A stretch of 28,154 bases of DNA from an uncultured Chromatiaceae bacterium (GTDB lineage: Bacteria > Pseudomonadota > Gammaproteobacteria > DRLM01), in NCBI GenBank assembly GCA_964582585.1, contig CAZOTG010000001.1:1-28154 (forward strand). Direction: 5' to 3'. Positions 27,137 to 28,154 of this stretch are shown one piece after another. A model generated the notes under the pieces. That model had not been told where the DNA came from, made no database searches, and saw nothing but the letters and a program-made list of their open reading frames with translations. Within the stretch, counting starts at the first letter, position 1. Every line of letters starts with the position of its first letter. Both the position numbers and the translations under genes were made by a program.

Positions 27137-27990
27137 GGCTGATCGTGGTCAGCGGCTTGTCGGGTTCGGGCAAGACCATCGCCCTGCAGGCGATGGAGGA
27201 TATGGGCATCTACTGCATCGATAACCTGCCCTTTAAACTATTGCCGTCCCTGGCCGCGCACCTCAAGAACGTGCAGCGCCTGCATTATAAAGATGCGGCG
27301 GTGGGCATCGACGCCCGCAACCTGGCGGATGATTTCGAGGACTTTTCCGCGATACTGGAACAGGTAAGGGATCTGGGGGTCAAGTGCGAGACCTTGTTCC
27401 TTACCGCCGATGATCCCACCCTTCTCAAGCGTTTCAGCGAAACTCGCCGCAAACATCCCCTGAGCGGCGCCGATGTGCCGCTCAACGAGGCGATCGAGGC
27501 GGAGCGCCGTCTGCTGTCACCGGTGGCGGCGGATGCGGATTGGCACCTCGATACCAGCCATACCAATGTGCATCAGTTGCGGACCCTGGTGCGGGAGCGT
27601 TTGGGACGGGGCGAGGAACAGAGTCTTTCGATGTTGTTTCTGTCCTTCGGGTACAAACATGGCCTGCCGCCCGATGCGGATTTCGTGTTCGATGTGCGAT
27701 GCCTGCCAAACCCCTATTGGGAGCCGCACCTGCGGCCGCTCACCGGTGCCGATGCGCAGGTGAGGGCATTTCTGGAACAACAGCCGGCAGTGGGCCGTAT
27801 GTTCGAAGGAATTCGTGACTTTCTGGAAACCTGGGTTCCGCATTTCGAGGCGGAGAATCGCAGTTATATGACGGTGGCGGTGGGCTGTACCGGCGGCTAT
27901 CATCGCTCGGTGTATCTGGTGGAGCGTTTGGCCACGCATTTCCGCAAGTCGCGCAGCAATGTGCTGGCTCGGCATAGAGAGTTGACATAA
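27133..27990 (+). CDS. rapZ: RNase adapter RapZ (YhbJ)
   Basis: VSGLSGSGKT, YCIDNLP, R.SETRRKHPL, SFGYKHGLP.DAD.VFDVR.LPNP and GCTGG.HRSV. Confidence 0.97.
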   Translation: MRLIVVSGLSGSGKTIALQAMEDMGIYCIDNLPFKLLPSLAAHLKNVQRLHYKDAAVGIDARNLADDFEDFSAILEQVRDLGVKCETLFLTADDPTLLKRFSETRRKHPLSGADVPLNEAIEAERRLLSPVAADADWHLDTSHTNVHQLRTLVRERLGRGEEQSLSMLFLSFGYKHGLPPDADFVFDVRCLPNPYWEPHLRPLTGADAQVRAFLEQQPAVGRMFEGIRDFLETWVPHFEAENRSYMTVAVGCTGGYHRSVYLVERLATHFRKSRSNVLARHRELT

Positions 27991-28154
27991 TGGTCGGTCT
28001 ATTGATTGTCACCCATAATCAGATCGGAACCGCTCTGTTGGAAACGGCCTCCCATATGTTGGGGATGTGTCCCTTGATGGTGGAGGTGTTGCCGGTACCC
28101 GCGGATTGCGATCCAGATGCCATGGTACGGCAGGGTCGGGAATTGGTGGATGCG
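27990..28154 (+). CDS. PTS EIIA (mannose/fructose/sorbose family), 3'-truncated by the window edge
   Basis: Not in the ORF track. The ATG overlaps the rapZ stop (TAATG) and the frame reads MVGLLIVTHNQIGTALLETASHMLG..., with the family VTH phospho-His; usual position after rapZ. Confidence 0.85.
   Translation, partial: MVGLLIVTHNQIGTALLETASHMLGMCPLMVEVLPVPADCDPDAMVRQGRELVDA

Noticed and set aside
1-28154. tRNA, rRNA, tmRNA, CRISPR array, integrase, transposase, toxin-antitoxin or defence genes
   Set aside because: None recognised on either strand by eye. A tRNAscan-SE, Rfam and CRISPR-finder run would be needed to exclude divergent cases.

Overview
A GC-rich, non-enteric gammaproteobacterial chromosome segment, mostly housekeeping. 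Left part: 3' end of a sigma-54 enhancer-binding protein, a b-type cytochrome, then serB, hemW, rdgB and rph on the minus strand, with yicC divergent. From 12.9 kb to the end, one co-directional plus-strand run: gmk-rpoZ-spoT-ridA-recG-ubiC-ubiA, a small CopZ-like gene, kdsD-kdsC-lptCAB-rpoN-hpf-ptsN-hprK-rapZ, and a truncated EIIA(Man). Two gene pairs that are usually adjacent are split by accessory blocks. (1) rdgB/hemW is split by 2.9 kb encoding an RRM RNA-binding protein, a planctomycete-type monohaem cytochrome c and a sigma-28-driven chemoreceptor with a His-rich intramembrane sensor. (2) yicC/gmk is split by 3.9 kb encoding a POT peptide transporter, a class-V PLP enzyme and a His/Met-rich Spy/CpxP protein; a degenerate echo of the yicC 3' end lies at its far edge. 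Other oddities: a 78-bp palindrome of 9-nt units between rph and rdgB, a low-GC patch inside the chemoreceptor gene, a probably leaderless hemW, and an HprK lacking its N-terminal domain. I found no tRNA, rRNA, CRISPR array, integrase or transposase. I cannot show a new system from sequence alone. The best leads are the 9-nt-unit palindrome, the putative haem/redox taxis module and the yicC island relic. All family calls are by eye, not from database searches.
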